From assembly GCF_000007185.1 (NCBI RefSeq), contig NC_003551.1:660001-692000 (forward strand): a DNA stretch of 32,000 bases. The letters are read 5' to 3'. Shown piece by piece: positions 22,947 to 32,000 of this stretch. A model generated the notes under the pieces. The model worked only from the letters and a program-made list of their open reading frames with translations. It had not been told where the DNA came from and did no database searches. The position numbers were made by a program, and so were the translations under genes. The stretch is from Methanopyrus kandleri AV19. Its GTDB lineage: Archaea > JAADCQ01 > Methanopyri > Methanopyrales > Methanopyraceae. Position 1 is the first letter of the stretch; every line of letters begins with the position of its first letter.

Positions 22947-25229
22947 ATGTCCCCGTTCGAGCTCGAGTTCGAGGGGTTGAAAGTCCAGATAGGCTCCATC
23001 GAGGGCTTCGAGCCCAGGGGAGAGGGGCCGCTACCCTGCCCGACCGTCTCAGATCTCGCGGACTGGGATAGAAAGCTTTTCGCCCGGTATCGGGTGATCG
23101 CGTTTCCCATCTGTGACATGTGTTGTATGTGCACCTACGGCCGTTGTAATCTGGCCGAGGGCAGGCGAGGAGCTTGTGGAATAGATATCCGCTCCAACAC
23201 GGCCCGGTTCACCGCGCTCAAGACCTGCATCGGTGCGGCCTGCCACGCGGCCCACGCACGCCACCTCGTCGAGTACATCTTGGAAAAGCTCGGTGACGTT
23301 GAGATCGATCTGGGCTCCGAGGTCGACGTGATGACTCCGATATTCGAGACGCTCGTGGGATTCAAGCCGAAGACGGTTTCGGACCTCGAGAAGGGGCTTG
23401 AGTACATCGAGCGCGAGCTCACGAAGGTCCTATCGTCCGTGCATGTGGGTCAGGAGATGGATCCCCACGATTACGAGTCCAAGGCCCTCCACGCAGGCAT
23501 GATCGACAACCTCGCGCTCGAGATCGCCGACGTGGCGCAGATCGCGGCCTTCGATATGCCGAAGGGTGAGGCACCCCTCGTGGAGTTCGGACCGTTCGCG
23601 GCGGACGACTCCAAGCCGTGTATACTGCTCGTAGGTCACAACGTGGCTCCCGGCACCGAAGTTCTCGATTACCTGGAAGAGCGCGGTCTCGACGAGGAGG
23701 TCGAGGTTCTCGGGATCTGCTGCACGGCCTGGGACGTCAGCCGTGTGGACGACCGTTCGAAGGTGATCGGGCCCCTATCGAGGCAGCTCCACTACGTGAG
23801 GATGGGTATCGCGGACGTGGTAGTGCTCGACGAGCAGTGCATCCGCGCGGACATCGTGGAGGAAGCCAACGAGGTGGGATCTAGAGTCATCGCCACGCGC
23901 GATCTAGTGATGGCCGGACTGCCGGACGTCACGGACGAGCCCACGGAGAAGATCATCGAGAAGATGGTATCCGGGGAGTGGATGGGGGTCTTCATCGAGG
24001 ACCTGGAGAAGGCCGCCGAAGTCGCGGTCGAGGTCGCGATAAGGGTTCACGAGCGGCGGAAGAAAGAGATCCCACAACCTGACCCGAAGAAACTCCAGAA
24101 GGAGGCCAAGCGCTGTTTGGGATGTGGCGACTGTGAACGGGTATGCCCCAACGACTTACCGATCGTCGAGGCTATGGAGAGGGCGGCGAACGGCGACTTC
24201 GAGGGACTGGCCGACTTGTTCGACCGGTGCGTGGGTTGTGCCCGGTGCGAGTCCGAGTGTCCGACGAAGCTCCGTGTTATGAACATGATCGAGGACGCCT
24301 GGAGACTGAGGACTAAAGAGGAAAAGTACAAAGTGCGTACCGGCCGCGGTCCGATTAAGGATGTCGAGATACGGCAGGTAGGAGGTCCTATCGTGATGGG
24401 GGATATTCCGGGTGTAGTTGCCTTCGTAGCGTGTCCGAACTATCCTGATGATGTGAAGCAAGTGGGTAAAATGGTGGAAGAACTTCTGGAACGAAATTAC
24501 ATCGTACTGACTTCGGGTTGCACTGCGATGGCACTCGGTATGTACACGGATGAGGATGGTAAGACCTTGTATGAAAAGTACGAAGATAGGTTCGATGCAG
24601 GTTGTCTCGTGAACACTGGCTCCTGTGTCTCGAACGCTCACATACTCGGCGCATGTATTAAAATTGCCGCCATCTTCGCGAAGAAGCCACTTAAAGGGAA
24701 CTTCAAGGAGATTGCTGATTACATCCTCAACAGGATCGGAGCTTGTGGTGTACTGTGGGGTACGATGAGTCAGAAGGCCCTCGCGATATCCACGGGCTTC
24801 ACGCGGTGGGGTATTCCGATAGTTTACGGTCCGGCTGGTCTCAAATATCAAACCTTATACATCGGCGACCTCGACGGGGATTGGACGGTGTACGACGCAC
24901 GCACGGGTAAGGAGTGCAAAGAGTACTGTCCCATTCACCTGAAGTACGCAGCGGAGGACTGGAGGGAGGCGCTCGTTCAGGCGGTGAAGCTCTGCATCCG
25001 CCCCAACGATACACCGCAGGGACGACAGACGAAGCTTCAGAACTACATCGAGCTGTACAAGGAGTTCTACAACGAGCTCCCACCGGACCTGCCACTGTAC
25101 GTCCGTGACAAGAACGACGTTCCGATCACCCTGCGCGACGAGGTGATGGAGTACCTGGAGGAGGTCGGTTGGAAGCCCCGGAAGGGTATCACCGAGCCGA
25201 CCTTACTGGAGGAGAACGTGCGGGGTTAA
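22947..25229 (+). CDS. cdhA: CO dehydrogenase/acetyl-CoA synthase complex alpha subunit (760 aa)
   Basis: Motifs seen:
- N-terminal Cys cluster region ICDMCCMCTYGRCNLAEGRRGACG;
- C-cluster contexts LLVGHNV, LGICCTAW, SGCTAM, GSCVSNAH;
- a ferredoxin-like insert with CLGCGDCERVCP and CVGCARCESECP.
The ATG is preceded by GGTGGT. Confidence 0.93.
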   Translation: MSPFELEFEGLKVQIGSIEGFEPRGEGPLPCPTVSDLADWDRKLFARYRVIAFPICDMCCMCTYGRCNLAEGRRGACGIDIRSNTARFTALKTCIGAACHAAHARHLVEYILEKLGDVEIDLGSEVDVMTPIFETLVGFKPKTVSDLEKGLEYIERELTKVLSSVHVGQEMDPHDYESKALHAGMIDNLALEIADVAQIAAFDMPKGEAPLVEFGPFAADDSKPCILLVGHNVAPGTEVLDYLEERGLDEEVEVLGICCTAWDVSRVDDRSKVIGPLSRQLHYVRMGIADVVVLDEQCIRADIVEEANEVGSRVIATRDLVMAGLPDVTDEPTEKIIEKMVSGEWMGVFIEDLEKAAEVAVEVAIRVHERRKKEIPQPDPKKLQKEAKRCLGCGDCERVCPNDLPIVEAMERAANGDFEGLADLFDRCVGCARCESECPTKLRVMNMIEDAWRLRTKEEKYKVRTGRGPIKDVEIRQVGGPIVMGDIPGVVAFVACPNYPDDVKQVGKMVEELLERNYIVLTSGCTAMALGMYTDEDGKTLYEKYEDRFDAGCLVNTGSCVSNAHILGACIKIAAIFAKKPLKGNFKEIADYILNRIGACGVLWGTMSQKALAISTGFTRWGIPIVYGPAGLKYQTLYIGDLDGDWTVYDARTGKECKEYCPIHLKYAAEDWREALVQAVKLCIRPNDTPQGRQTKLQNYIELYKEFYNELPPDLPLYVRDKNDVPITLRDEVMEYLEEVGWKPRKGITEPTLLEENVRG

Positions 25230-25234
25230 GCCCG

Positions 25235-25714
25235 TTGCCGCTACCGAGGGACCCCACACTGATTTACACGGACAAGGCCGAGGTGGCCCGAGCGCCGGTG
25301 CTCAAGATGGTGTTCCGTCGCGCTAACGATTCGCTGATGATCGTCGGCCCGAGGGCCGTGGAGGACGAGGAGTGGCGAGAACTCCTGATGAAGCTGCGCG
25401 AGGAGTTCAGGATGAGCGCCGTCTGCACGGCCCCGTACAAGGGCAATGACCTGGGTCGCAAGATGGGCATCGTCGAGGCGGCGACCCTGCTCCAGCGGGA
25501 CGCCCCGGTGCTCGGAGTTCACCCGGATCTTGTCGTGTTCACGGGCTCCCGCACCGACGTAACCGACCGCGTGCTTCAAGGACTTCGTCATGCGCGGCCG
25601 GACCTGGTGAAAGTATCATTGAACCCCGAGTACTGTCCCAGCGCAGATTACTCGCTACCTACAGTGAAGAGGGATCAGTTCCTCCAAGAGTTGAAGGCTT
25701 TAGTGGGAATCTAG
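25235..25714 (+). CDS. cdhB: CODH/ACS complex epsilon subunit (about 159 aa)
   Basis: The gene's position after cdhA and the block PVLKMVFRRANDSLMIVGPRA match the epsilon-family pattern (..KMI.KAKRPLL.VGP). The start is uncertain. I prefer the TTG at 25235, just after the cdhA stop. Alternatives are the TTG at 25169 (61-nt overlap) and the ATG at 25307. Confidence 0.78.
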   Translation: MPLPRDPTLIYTDKAEVARAPVLKMVFRRANDSLMIVGPRAVEDEEWRELLMKLREEFRMSAVCTAPYKGNDLGRKMGIVEAATLLQRDAPVLGVHPDLVVFTGSRTDVTDRVLQGLRHARPDLVKVSLNPEYCPSADYSLPTVKRDQFLQELKALVGI

Positions 25715-25724
25715 GGGTGAGAAG

Positions 25725-27623
25725 TTGGGCATAGAATGGGAGGGAGTCAAAGTCGAGATAGGAGAGCTCGTGGTGGAAGGAGACTCCGAAAGTGAGATGG
25801 AGGGGCCGACCCGCCGCGAGTTGCTCCCGTGGGATCGGACGTTGGCGTCGGTCTACGACCTGGCCGTGGTTCCCGGTGATTCGGAAGAGGAGCGACGAGA
25901 GGTAGCTCGTACGATAGTAACGCTCTGTTGCGAGGGGACGGCAGGGCTCATCTCCACGGCCCGACTCGTGGTGGAACTGCTGCGTCAAACGGGGGAGAAC
26001 CTGGACCCTGGATTCGACGCGGAGACGCCGCTCCCCCTCTACGAGACGCTACTGGGGAGTTCCCCCGAGTGTGCAGATGACCTCGAGGCCGGATTATCCT
26101 ACGCGGAGCGGGAACTAACGTCCTCGGTTTCGGAGCTCCTGCGGTCGCATTCCCTAAAGGGTTACGAGTCCGTGGCCATGCACGCCGGTGCGATCGGTCT
26201 CCTCGCGATGGAGATAGCCGATGCGACCCCCTCCACGCTGATGGAGGTCACGGAGTCGGAGGAAGTGTTTGAGATCGGGACGGATGATCTGCCGAGACGT
26301 CCCACGGTGTTACTGGTCGGTCATCTACCGCTCTTGGGGCACATCATCACCGAAGAGCTAGGAACGCTCGCGAGACAGGTGGAGCTCGTCGGACTAACAC
26401 ACACCGCGTGGCCTAACCGAGAGGACCACGTCAGGGTCGTAGGTCCCCTGTCTATGTACCATGAATACCTCTCTTCCGGGTTCGCGGATGTGGTAGTGGT
26501 CGACGGGGCGTGTCCGGGAGAAGACGTGATCGAAGCGGCACGTGAGGGCGGATCCAAGCTCGTCGCCACCGTCGGGGCCCGCGTGGCGGACCTACTCGAC
26601 GTCACCGACTACCCGGTTGAGGAGGCGGTCGAAGTCCTCGTCACCGAGGAGGACGCCGTTTACGTGGAGGAACCCATCAAGGCCGTGGAAATCGCCGCGT
26701 GGGCGGCGCTTCGAGTCGAGGGATCGCGCGACCGAAGAGAACCTCCTCGGAGGGCTTTCCGGGTCGGCCCGCCGACTCGCCTCACGGACGTAGTGATCCG
26801 AAACGTAGGTGTTCCGGTAGTAGCCGGCAACATTCCGGGAATCGTCGTCTTGGTATCCTGCCCCGAGAAATCCGCGGACGTCGAAGAGCCCGCCAAGATC
26901 GCCGAAGTCCTCCTGGAGCGCGGGTACCTCGTGCTGGTTCCGGGTTGTCTAGCCGTCGCGCTAGGTTCGTACCTGGACGACGATGGTAAAACTCTGTACG
27001 AACGGTACCCCGACACGCTTCTCAACACCGGTCCCTGTACCTCCGCCGCGCACTTAGTCGGGGCTTGCATCCGTGTGGGGGTCATCTTCGGTAAGCTCCC
27101 TATCAGAGGGGAGTTCGTGCGGGTCGCCGATTACGTACTCAACCGGGTCGGGGCTTGCGTAATAGCCTGGGGTGGCGAGTACTCGGAACACCTGGTTTCG
27201 GCCGCCTACGGGGTCACTCGATGGGGTATTCCGGTGGTACTGGGTCCCGACCCGGAGGCTGGTTCGTTGTTGGTCGAGAAGAACCCGAAGGTTATCGACG
27301 CTTGCTCGGGAGAGGAGGTGGAGGATCCCACCCCGGAGCACCTGAGGTGCGTGGTTTCGGATTGGAAGGAGGCGGCGATCACAGCCGCGCGGCTTTGTAT
27401 GCGTCCCAACGATACCCCGGAAGGCCGCCAGAACAAGGTCGAGTCGTACGTCGAGCTGTACCGGGAGTTGTACGGAGAATTACCCCCCGATCTTGACCTG
27501 CTCATCCGGGATGAGAGCGATATCCCGGTGACGCTCAGGTCCGAGATACGGGAGCTGCTGGAGGAGACCGGGTGGACACCTAGATCGCGCGCATCCGATC
27601 CTACCCTACTACCCGAGGGGTGA
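25725..27623 (+). CDS. Degenerate CdhA paralog (CODH alpha-like, 632 aa) lacking the N-terminal Cys cluster motif and the ferredoxin insert
   Basis: Collinear with CdhA at both ends, for example LCMRPNDTPEGRQNKVESYVELYRELYGELPPDL versus LCIRPNDTPQGRQTKLQNYIELYKEFYNELPPDL. The TTG start is preceded by GGGGTGA. The stop TGA overlaps the cdhC GTG. See the corresponding finding for the cofactor-ligand comparison. Confidence 0.8.
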   Translation: MGIEWEGVKVEIGELVVEGDSESEMEGPTRRELLPWDRTLASVYDLAVVPGDSEEERREVARTIVTLCCEGTAGLISTARLVVELLRQTGENLDPGFDAETPLPLYETLLGSSPECADDLEAGLSYAERELTSSVSELLRSHSLKGYESVAMHAGAIGLLAMEIADATPSTLMEVTESEEVFEIGTDDLPRRPTVLLVGHLPLLGHIITEELGTLARQVELVGLTHTAWPNREDHVRVVGPLSMYHEYLSSGFADVVVVDGACPGEDVIEAAREGGSKLVATVGARVADLLDVTDYPVEEAVEVLVTEEDAVYVEEPIKAVEIAAWAALRVEGSRDRREPPRRAFRVGPPTRLTDVVIRNVGVPVVAGNIPGIVVLVSCPEKSADVEEPAKIAEVLLERGYLVLVPGCLAVALGSYLDDDGKTLYERYPDTLLNTGPCTSAAHLVGACIRVGVIFGKLPIRGEFVRVADYVLNRVGACVIAWGGEYSEHLVSAAYGVTRWGIPVVLGPDPEAGSLLVEKNPKVIDACSGEEVEDPTPEHLRCVVSDWKEAAITAARLCMRPNDTPEGRQNKVESYVELYRELYGELPPDLDLLIRDESDIPVTLRSEIRELLEETGWTPRSRASDPTLLPEG

Positions 27624-29035
27624 ATGTAACATTGACGAGTCTTGCGGATCTACCCGTGGACGTGAGCCCGAGGCACGAGGGCGAGCGGATACGAAGCGGC
27701 GACATGTACGTCGAGCTAGCGGGCCCAAAGAGCTTCGGTGCCGAACTGTTCAAGGTGGTGGATCCGGACGAGATCGAGCCGGACAAAGTGGAAGTCATCG
27801 GCCCGGATATCGATGAGATGGAGGAGGGAGGGAGATACCCGTTCGCCATCTACGTGAAGGCGGCGGGCGAGGAACTCGAGGAGGACGTGGAAGGTGTGCT
27901 AGAGCGACGTATCCACGAGTTCTGCAACTACGTCGAGGGTTTCATGCACCTGAACCAGCGAGATCAGATCTGGTGTAGGGTCTCCAAGAACGTCACGGAG
28001 AAGGGCTTCCGGCTGGAACACCTCGGCATCGCGCTCCGAGAGCTGTACAAGGAGGAGTTCGGCAACGTCATCGACTCCGTGGAAGTCACGATAATGACGG
28101 ACGAGGAGAAAGTGGAGGAGTTTTTGGAGTACGCCAGGAGAGTCTACAAAAAGCGTGATGAGCGTGCGAAGGGACTCTCGGAGGAGGACGTCAACGAGTT
28201 CTACGTGTGCCTGATGTGCCAGTCCTTCGCGCCCACTCACGTGTGCGTAATCACACCGGACCGGCCGAGCCTCTGTGGATCGATCACCTGGCACGACGCC
28301 AAGGCGGCCTACAAGATCGATCCAGAAGGCCCCATATTCCCGATCGAGAAGGGAGAGTGCCTCGATCCCGAGGCCGGCGAGTACGAGGGTGTGAACGAGG
28401 CGGTCAAAGAACACTCACAGGGCACTGTGGAGCGGGTTTACCTGCACTCCTGTCTCGAGTACCCGCATACGAGCTGCGGCTGCTTCCAGGCCGTCGTGTT
28501 CTACATCCCCGAGGTAGACGGATTCGGAATCGTCGACCGCGAGTACCCGGGTGAGACCCCGATCGGGCTCCCGTTCTCGACCATGGCGGGTGAAGCCAGT
28601 GGCGGTGAGCAGCAGCCGGGCTTCGTCGGCGTAAGCTACGGTTACATGGAGTCCGATAAGTTCCTACAGTACGACGGCGGCTGGGAGCGCGTGGTTTGGA
28701 TGCCTAAGGCGCTGAAAGAACGCATGAAGCACGCCATCCCCGACGAGCTGTACGACAAGATAGCCACCGAGGAGGATGCGACCACCGTGGAAGAGCTCCG
28801 GGAGTTCCTCGAGAAAGTCGAGCACCCGGTCGTCGAGCGCTGGGCCGAAGAGGAGGAAGAAGAGGAGGAGAAGGCTCCGGAAGAGGAAGCGCCGGCCGAA
28901 GAGCCGACGATGGAGGTGAAGGAGCTCCCGATCGCGCCCGGTGGTGGTCTGAACGTGAAAATCGTGCTGAAAAACGCGAAGATCTACGCTGAGAAGGTCA
29001 TCATCAAGCGCGCCGACCGGGAAGATAAGAGTTGA
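27620..29035 (+). CDS. cdhC: CODH/ACS complex beta subunit (acetyl-CoA synthase, A-cluster), 471 aa
   Basis: Contains CLMCQSFAPTHVCVITPDRPSLCGS and the Cys-Gly-Cys context HTSCGCFQ typical of the A-cluster. The C-terminal extension is acidic. The GTG start overlaps the upstream TGA. Confidence 0.93.
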   Translation: MNVTLTSLADLPVDVSPRHEGERIRSGDMYVELAGPKSFGAELFKVVDPDEIEPDKVEVIGPDIDEMEEGGRYPFAIYVKAAGEELEEDVEGVLERRIHEFCNYVEGFMHLNQRDQIWCRVSKNVTEKGFRLEHLGIALRELYKEEFGNVIDSVEVTIMTDEEKVEEFLEYARRVYKKRDERAKGLSEEDVNEFYVCLMCQSFAPTHVCVITPDRPSLCGSITWHDAKAAYKIDPEGPIFPIEKGECLDPEAGEYEGVNEAVKEHSQGTVERVYLHSCLEYPHTSCGCFQAVVFYIPEVDGFGIVDREYPGETPIGLPFSTMAGEASGGEQQPGFVGVSYGYMESDKFLQYDGGWERVVWMPKALKERMKHAIPDELYDKIATEEDATTVEELREFLEKVEHPVVERWAEEEEEEEEKAPEEEAPAEEPTMEVKELPIAPGGGLNVKIVLKNAKIYAEKVIIKRADREDKS

Positions 29036-29805
29036 TCATAGCCTTCACTGGGAAGGGAGGCACGGGGAAGACTCTCCTCGCCGCACTCACAGTACTCGAG
29101 CTCCTCGACCGACACCCCGACGCCGACCTGCTGGTGGTCGACGCCGACCCGGATGCTAACATGCCCGACGTGCTAGGGGTAGAGGTCGACACCACGCTCG
29201 GTGAGGTCAGGGAGCACTTCAAGCGCGAGATCGAGGGAGGAGAGCTCCCACCCGGCTTCGATAAACAGGCCTACATGGAATACTTGGTGATGACCGCGCT
29301 TCAGGAGTCCGACGACTACGATTTGCTAGTGATGGGTAGATCTGAGGGTAAGGGCTGCTACTGCGCCGTGAATCACTGGCTCCGTCGGGTTATGCGGGAG
29401 CTCCTCCCCAACTACGATTACGTGGTGATGGACTGCGAGGCAGGGCTCGAACACATCAGTCGTGGTATCATCGAGGGTGTCGACACGGTATTGACCGTCG
29501 TGGATCACTCCTACAAGGCGCTCCGGACCGCGGTCAGGATATCCCGGCTGATCGACGAACTCGAATCCGACGTCGGTGAGATGTGGGTCGTGGCGAACCG
29601 CGTGACCGAGGGGGAATACGCGGTCATACGCGAGAAGGGTGAGGAGCTTGGTCTTAGGTTCGCGGGATTCGTGAGACCCGACGACGAGGTAGTTCGACTC
29701 GAGCTTCATGGTCGCCCTCTGACCGAACTCCCACCGGACGCCAAGGTCCGCCGTGATATGCGCGCCGTGCTTACGCGGGTGGGGGTGCTCCTATCCGATG
29801 GCTGA
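29032..29805 (+). CDS. cooC: CooC/AcsF-type nickel-insertion ATPase (MinD/ParA family), 257 aa
   Basis: Deviant Walker A FTGKGGTGKT and the CxC motif GKGCYCAVN. It lies between cdhC and cdhD, as in other archaeal cdh operons. TTGA overlap with the cdhC stop. Confidence 0.85.
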   Translation: MIIAFTGKGGTGKTLLAALTVLELLDRHPDADLLVVDADPDANMPDVLGVEVDTTLGEVREHFKREIEGGELPPGFDKQAYMEYLVMTALQESDDYDLLVMGRSEGKGCYCAVNHWLRRVMRELLPNYDYVVMDCEAGLEHISRGIIEGVDTVLTVVDHSYKALRTAVRISRLIDELESDVGEMWVVANRVTEGEYAVIREKGEELGLRFAGFVRPDDEVVRLELHGRPLTELPPDAKVRRDMRAVLTRVGVLLSDG

Positions 29806-31000
29806 GGATAAGGGCGTGAAGAACATGCTTGAGCACCTCGTGAAGAACCTATTAGTGGAAGATGTTGAGGAGATCGAGCTGCGGAACGTGACGATCGAGT
29901 TAGACGAGCTGGAGCTGGACCTCAAAACCGTGGCCCAAACTCTGCCGGTTGAGATCTGGGAACGCATACTCAAGCCTGAGGTTGAAGAGAAGGAGAGAGA
30001 GGTCGAGGTCCCGGAATACGAACCACCGGTTGAGGAGTACGAAGGCTGTGTGGCCGAGGTGCAGATCGGGGCGACGCGGTCCGACGGCGGTTCTCGGGAT
30101 CGGGTCGTCGTCCTGGGTGGTGAGCGCGCCTACTTCCCGTTCGAAGAACCACGACCGAACCCTCCCGTGGTCACGTTCGACGTGTTCGACACCCCGGATG
30201 TGGGTATCCCCGGACCTATTCGGGAGGAGCTGGGCGACGTCATCGAAGACCCCGTGGACTGGGCAAGAACTGTCGTCAAGCGCTACGGCGTCGATATCGT
30301 CACCGTCCATCTGGTCAGTACGTCCCCCAAGCTCCATGATGCTCCTGTCGAGGAGGCTATGGAGACACTGGAGGACATCCTCGATGCCGTGAAGGTCCCG
30401 ATCATCGTGGGCGGATCCGGCGACCCCGAGAAGGATGTGGAGGTGTTCGTGAAGGCGGCCGAAGTCTGCGAGGGAGAGCGGGTGATGCTATCCTCGATCA
30501 ACGAGGACATGGACTTCGAGCGGGTGGTTGAGGCGGCCAAAGAACACGGTCACGTGGTACTGACCTTCGCCCCGGTCGATGTGAACCTCATGAAGTCCCT
30601 GAATAAGAAAGTACTGAATAGAGGCCTCTCGAAGGAAGACGTCGTCATGGACCCGACGACCTGCGCTCTGGGTTACGGTATCGAGTACACGATCGACGTT
30701 ATGACCAGGATCAGGCTCGCCGCGCTGAAGGGTGATGAACACCTGCAGATGCCGATCTCCAGCGGTTCCACCAACGCGTGGGCCGCGCGGGAGGCTTGGA
30801 TGAAGGAGGAATCTTGGGGACCGCGTGAGTACCGCGGACCGCTGTGGGAGGCGGTAACGGCGACCACGGTGGCACTCTGCGGTGCCGACCTGTTGATGAT
30901 GTTCCACCCGTGGGCCGTGCAAGTGGTTATGGAGGCTATGGAGTACATGGCCGAAGGACGCGTCACCGGAGACGCGTACGTGACCGACGTGATCGCCTGA
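29798..31000 (+). CDS. cdhD: CODH/ACS complex delta subunit (corrinoid Fe-S protein small subunit), 400 aa
   Basis: Operon position fits, and the TIM-barrel-like body (VVTFDVFD..., IVTVHLVSTSP, PIIVGGSGDPEKD, VMDPTTCALGYG) is typical of CdhD/AcsD. The ATG at 29798 (MAEDKG...) overlaps the cooC stop by 8 nt. The track start at 29753 is an extension. Confidence 0.88.
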   Translation: MAEDKGVKNMLEHLVKNLLVEDVEEIELRNVTIELDELELDLKTVAQTLPVEIWERILKPEVEEKEREVEVPEYEPPVEEYEGCVAEVQIGATRSDGGSRDRVVVLGGERAYFPFEEPRPNPPVVTFDVFDTPDVGIPGPIREELGDVIEDPVDWARTVVKRYGVDIVTVHLVSTSPKLHDAPVEEAMETLEDILDAVKVPIIVGGSGDPEKDVEVFVKAAEVCEGERVMLSSINEDMDFERVVEAAKEHGHVVLTFAPVDVNLMKSLNKKVLNRGLSKEDVVMDPTTCALGYGIEYTIDVMTRIRLAALKGDEHLQMPISSGSTNAWAAREAWMKEESWGPREYRGPLWEAVTATTVALCGADLLMMFHPWAVQVVMEAMEYMAEGRVTGDAYVTDVIA

Positions 31001-31013
31001 GGGGGAGACGCTC

Positions 31014-32000
31014 GTGGCCCAGCTCAGCGCGATGGACGTGTACAACCTGCTACCCAAGGCCAACTGCGGGGCGTGTGGCTGCAAGACCTGCATGGAATTC
31101 GCTACGAAGCTCGTCAATCGGGAGGCGAAGCCCGAGGATTGCCCGAAGCTCGACGATGAGAGCCTAGAGAAGCTTCAGGAGCTGCTAGCGCCGCCAGTCA
31201 AGGAGCTGACGATAGGGGAAGGGGACCGCGAAGTCACCGTCGGCGGCGATGAGGTGATGTTCCGACACGAGCTCTCGTTCTTCAACCCACCGCCGGTGTT
31301 CGTCACCGTTTACGACGACATGGAGGAGGACGAAATCGCCGGAAAGACGGAGGAAATTCAGGAGTTTCAAGTCGAACGCGTTGGAGAGGTCCTGAAGCTT
31401 GACGGCGTCGCGGTGGTATCCCGAACGGGGGACCCCGAGAAGTACGCTCGGGCGGTTGAGATCGCGGTGGAGCGCTCTGAGGACCTCGCCGTGGCGTTGA
31501 TCACCACTGATCCTAAGGTGATGGAAGCTGGTCTCGACGTTTTCGACGAACGTCCGCTGCTTTATCCGGCGACCGAGGAGAACGTCGAGGACCTAGCGAA
31601 GCTAGCGGCCGATGGGGACTGTCCCCTGGGACTTCACGCCCGTGACGTCGAAGACCTCGTACCCCTGGTCGTCGAGGCGCAGCAGTACACGGACGATCTG
31701 CTCCTGGACCCGGGTACGGAGTTCGGTCCCCACGACGTGGTTTCTACCACGGACAAGCTGGCGGAGATCCGCAAGGCGGCTATCGAGGAGTTCGAGAGCT
31801 TCGGTTACCCGACCCTCGTTACGACGTTTCCCTACGCGTTCCTCGAAGATGATCCCGTAAAAGCCGCTAGACGGGAATCGTACCTAGCGTCCGCCTGTGT
31901 GCTAAGGTACGCCGACATCCTTATCATGGACACCGTAGAACCTTGGGCGCTCCTTCCGGTGCTAACCCAGCGTCAGTGCGTGTACACCGACCCACGGGAG
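31014..32000 (+). CDS. cdhE: CODH/ACS complex gamma subunit (corrinoid Fe-S protein large subunit), 3'-truncated by the window edge
   Basis: Not in the supplied ORF track because it has no stop in the window. The frame is open from the GTG at 31014 to nt 32000 (329 codons). The start is preceded by GAGGGGGAG. The N-terminus is MAQLSAMDVYNLLPKANCGACGCKTCMEFATKL, which carries the [4Fe-4S] motif of CdhE/AcsC. Confidence 0.88.
   Translation, partial: MAQLSAMDVYNLLPKANCGACGCKTCMEFATKLVNREAKPEDCPKLDDESLEKLQELLAPPVKELTIGEGDREVTVGGDEVMFRHELSFFNPPPVFVTVYDDMEEDEIAGKTEEIQEFQVERVGEVLKLDGVAVVSRTGDPEKYARAVEIAVERSEDLAVALITTDPKVMEAGLDVFDERPLLYPATEENVEDLAKLAADGDCPLGLHARDVEDLVPLVVEAQQYTDDLLLDPGTEFGPHDVVSTTDKLAEIRKAAIEEFESFGYPTLVTTFPYAFLEDDPVKAARRESYLASACVLRYADILIMDTVEPWALLPVLTQRQCVYTDPRE

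Noticed and set aside
1-32000. CRISPR arrays, rRNA genes, transposases or IS elements, in-frame TGA selenocysteine sites
   Set aside because: I saw no regularly spaced direct repeats, no rRNA-like segments and no transposase or integrase-like ORFs. No well-supported gene is interrupted by an in-frame stop.

Overview
The window is a high-GC archaeal chromosome segment. It is most consistent with a hyperthermophilic methanogen of the Methanopyrus kandleri type. Supporting signs are acidic proteins, frequent GTG/TTG starts, 4-nt start/stop overlaps, an archaeal five-subunit CODH/ACS operon, and a tRNA gene with C at position 8. This taxonomic call is inference, since no search was possible.

There are four blocks:

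- **Block 1 (1..1821, + strand).** The 3' part of a large orphan gene that runs off the left edge.
- **Block 2 (1961..13917, - strand).** A Tad/Epd-like type IV pilus cluster of about 12 kb. It contains a ChlI-like AAA+ ATPase, a TadA/FlaI-type ATPase, split TadB- and TadC-like platform genes, three tandem Flp-like mini-pilins, an unknown cytoplasmic protein and an A24 prepilin peptidase. These are followed by three more mini-pilins, a 304-aa pilin-like protein and a 565-aa anchored protein. A small SAM-methyltransferase gene (13914..14513) and tRNA-Leu(UAG) lie directly upstream.
- **Block 3 (15105..20227, - strand).** A tightly packed housekeeping string: KH/zinc-ribbon protein, CoaBC, archaeal phosphopantothenate synthetase, HisD and AspRS. 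Next come albA (+) and a 782-aa secreted orphan (-).
- **Block 4 (22947..32000, + strand).** The operon cdhA-cdhB-[degenerate cdhA paralog]-cdhC-cooC-cdhD-cdhE. cdhE runs off the right edge and is absent from the ORF track.

The best leads are:

- the cofactor-depleted CdhA paralog inserted in the cdh operon;
- the pilus cluster, whose pilins match the bacterial Flp G/XXXXEY motif and which has an unusual AAA+/wHTH gene at its head;
- low-GC patches inside the pilus core genes;
- an AT-rich island with a triple WAACTGG repeat next to the tRNA.

I found no CRISPR array, rRNA, transposase or integrase.
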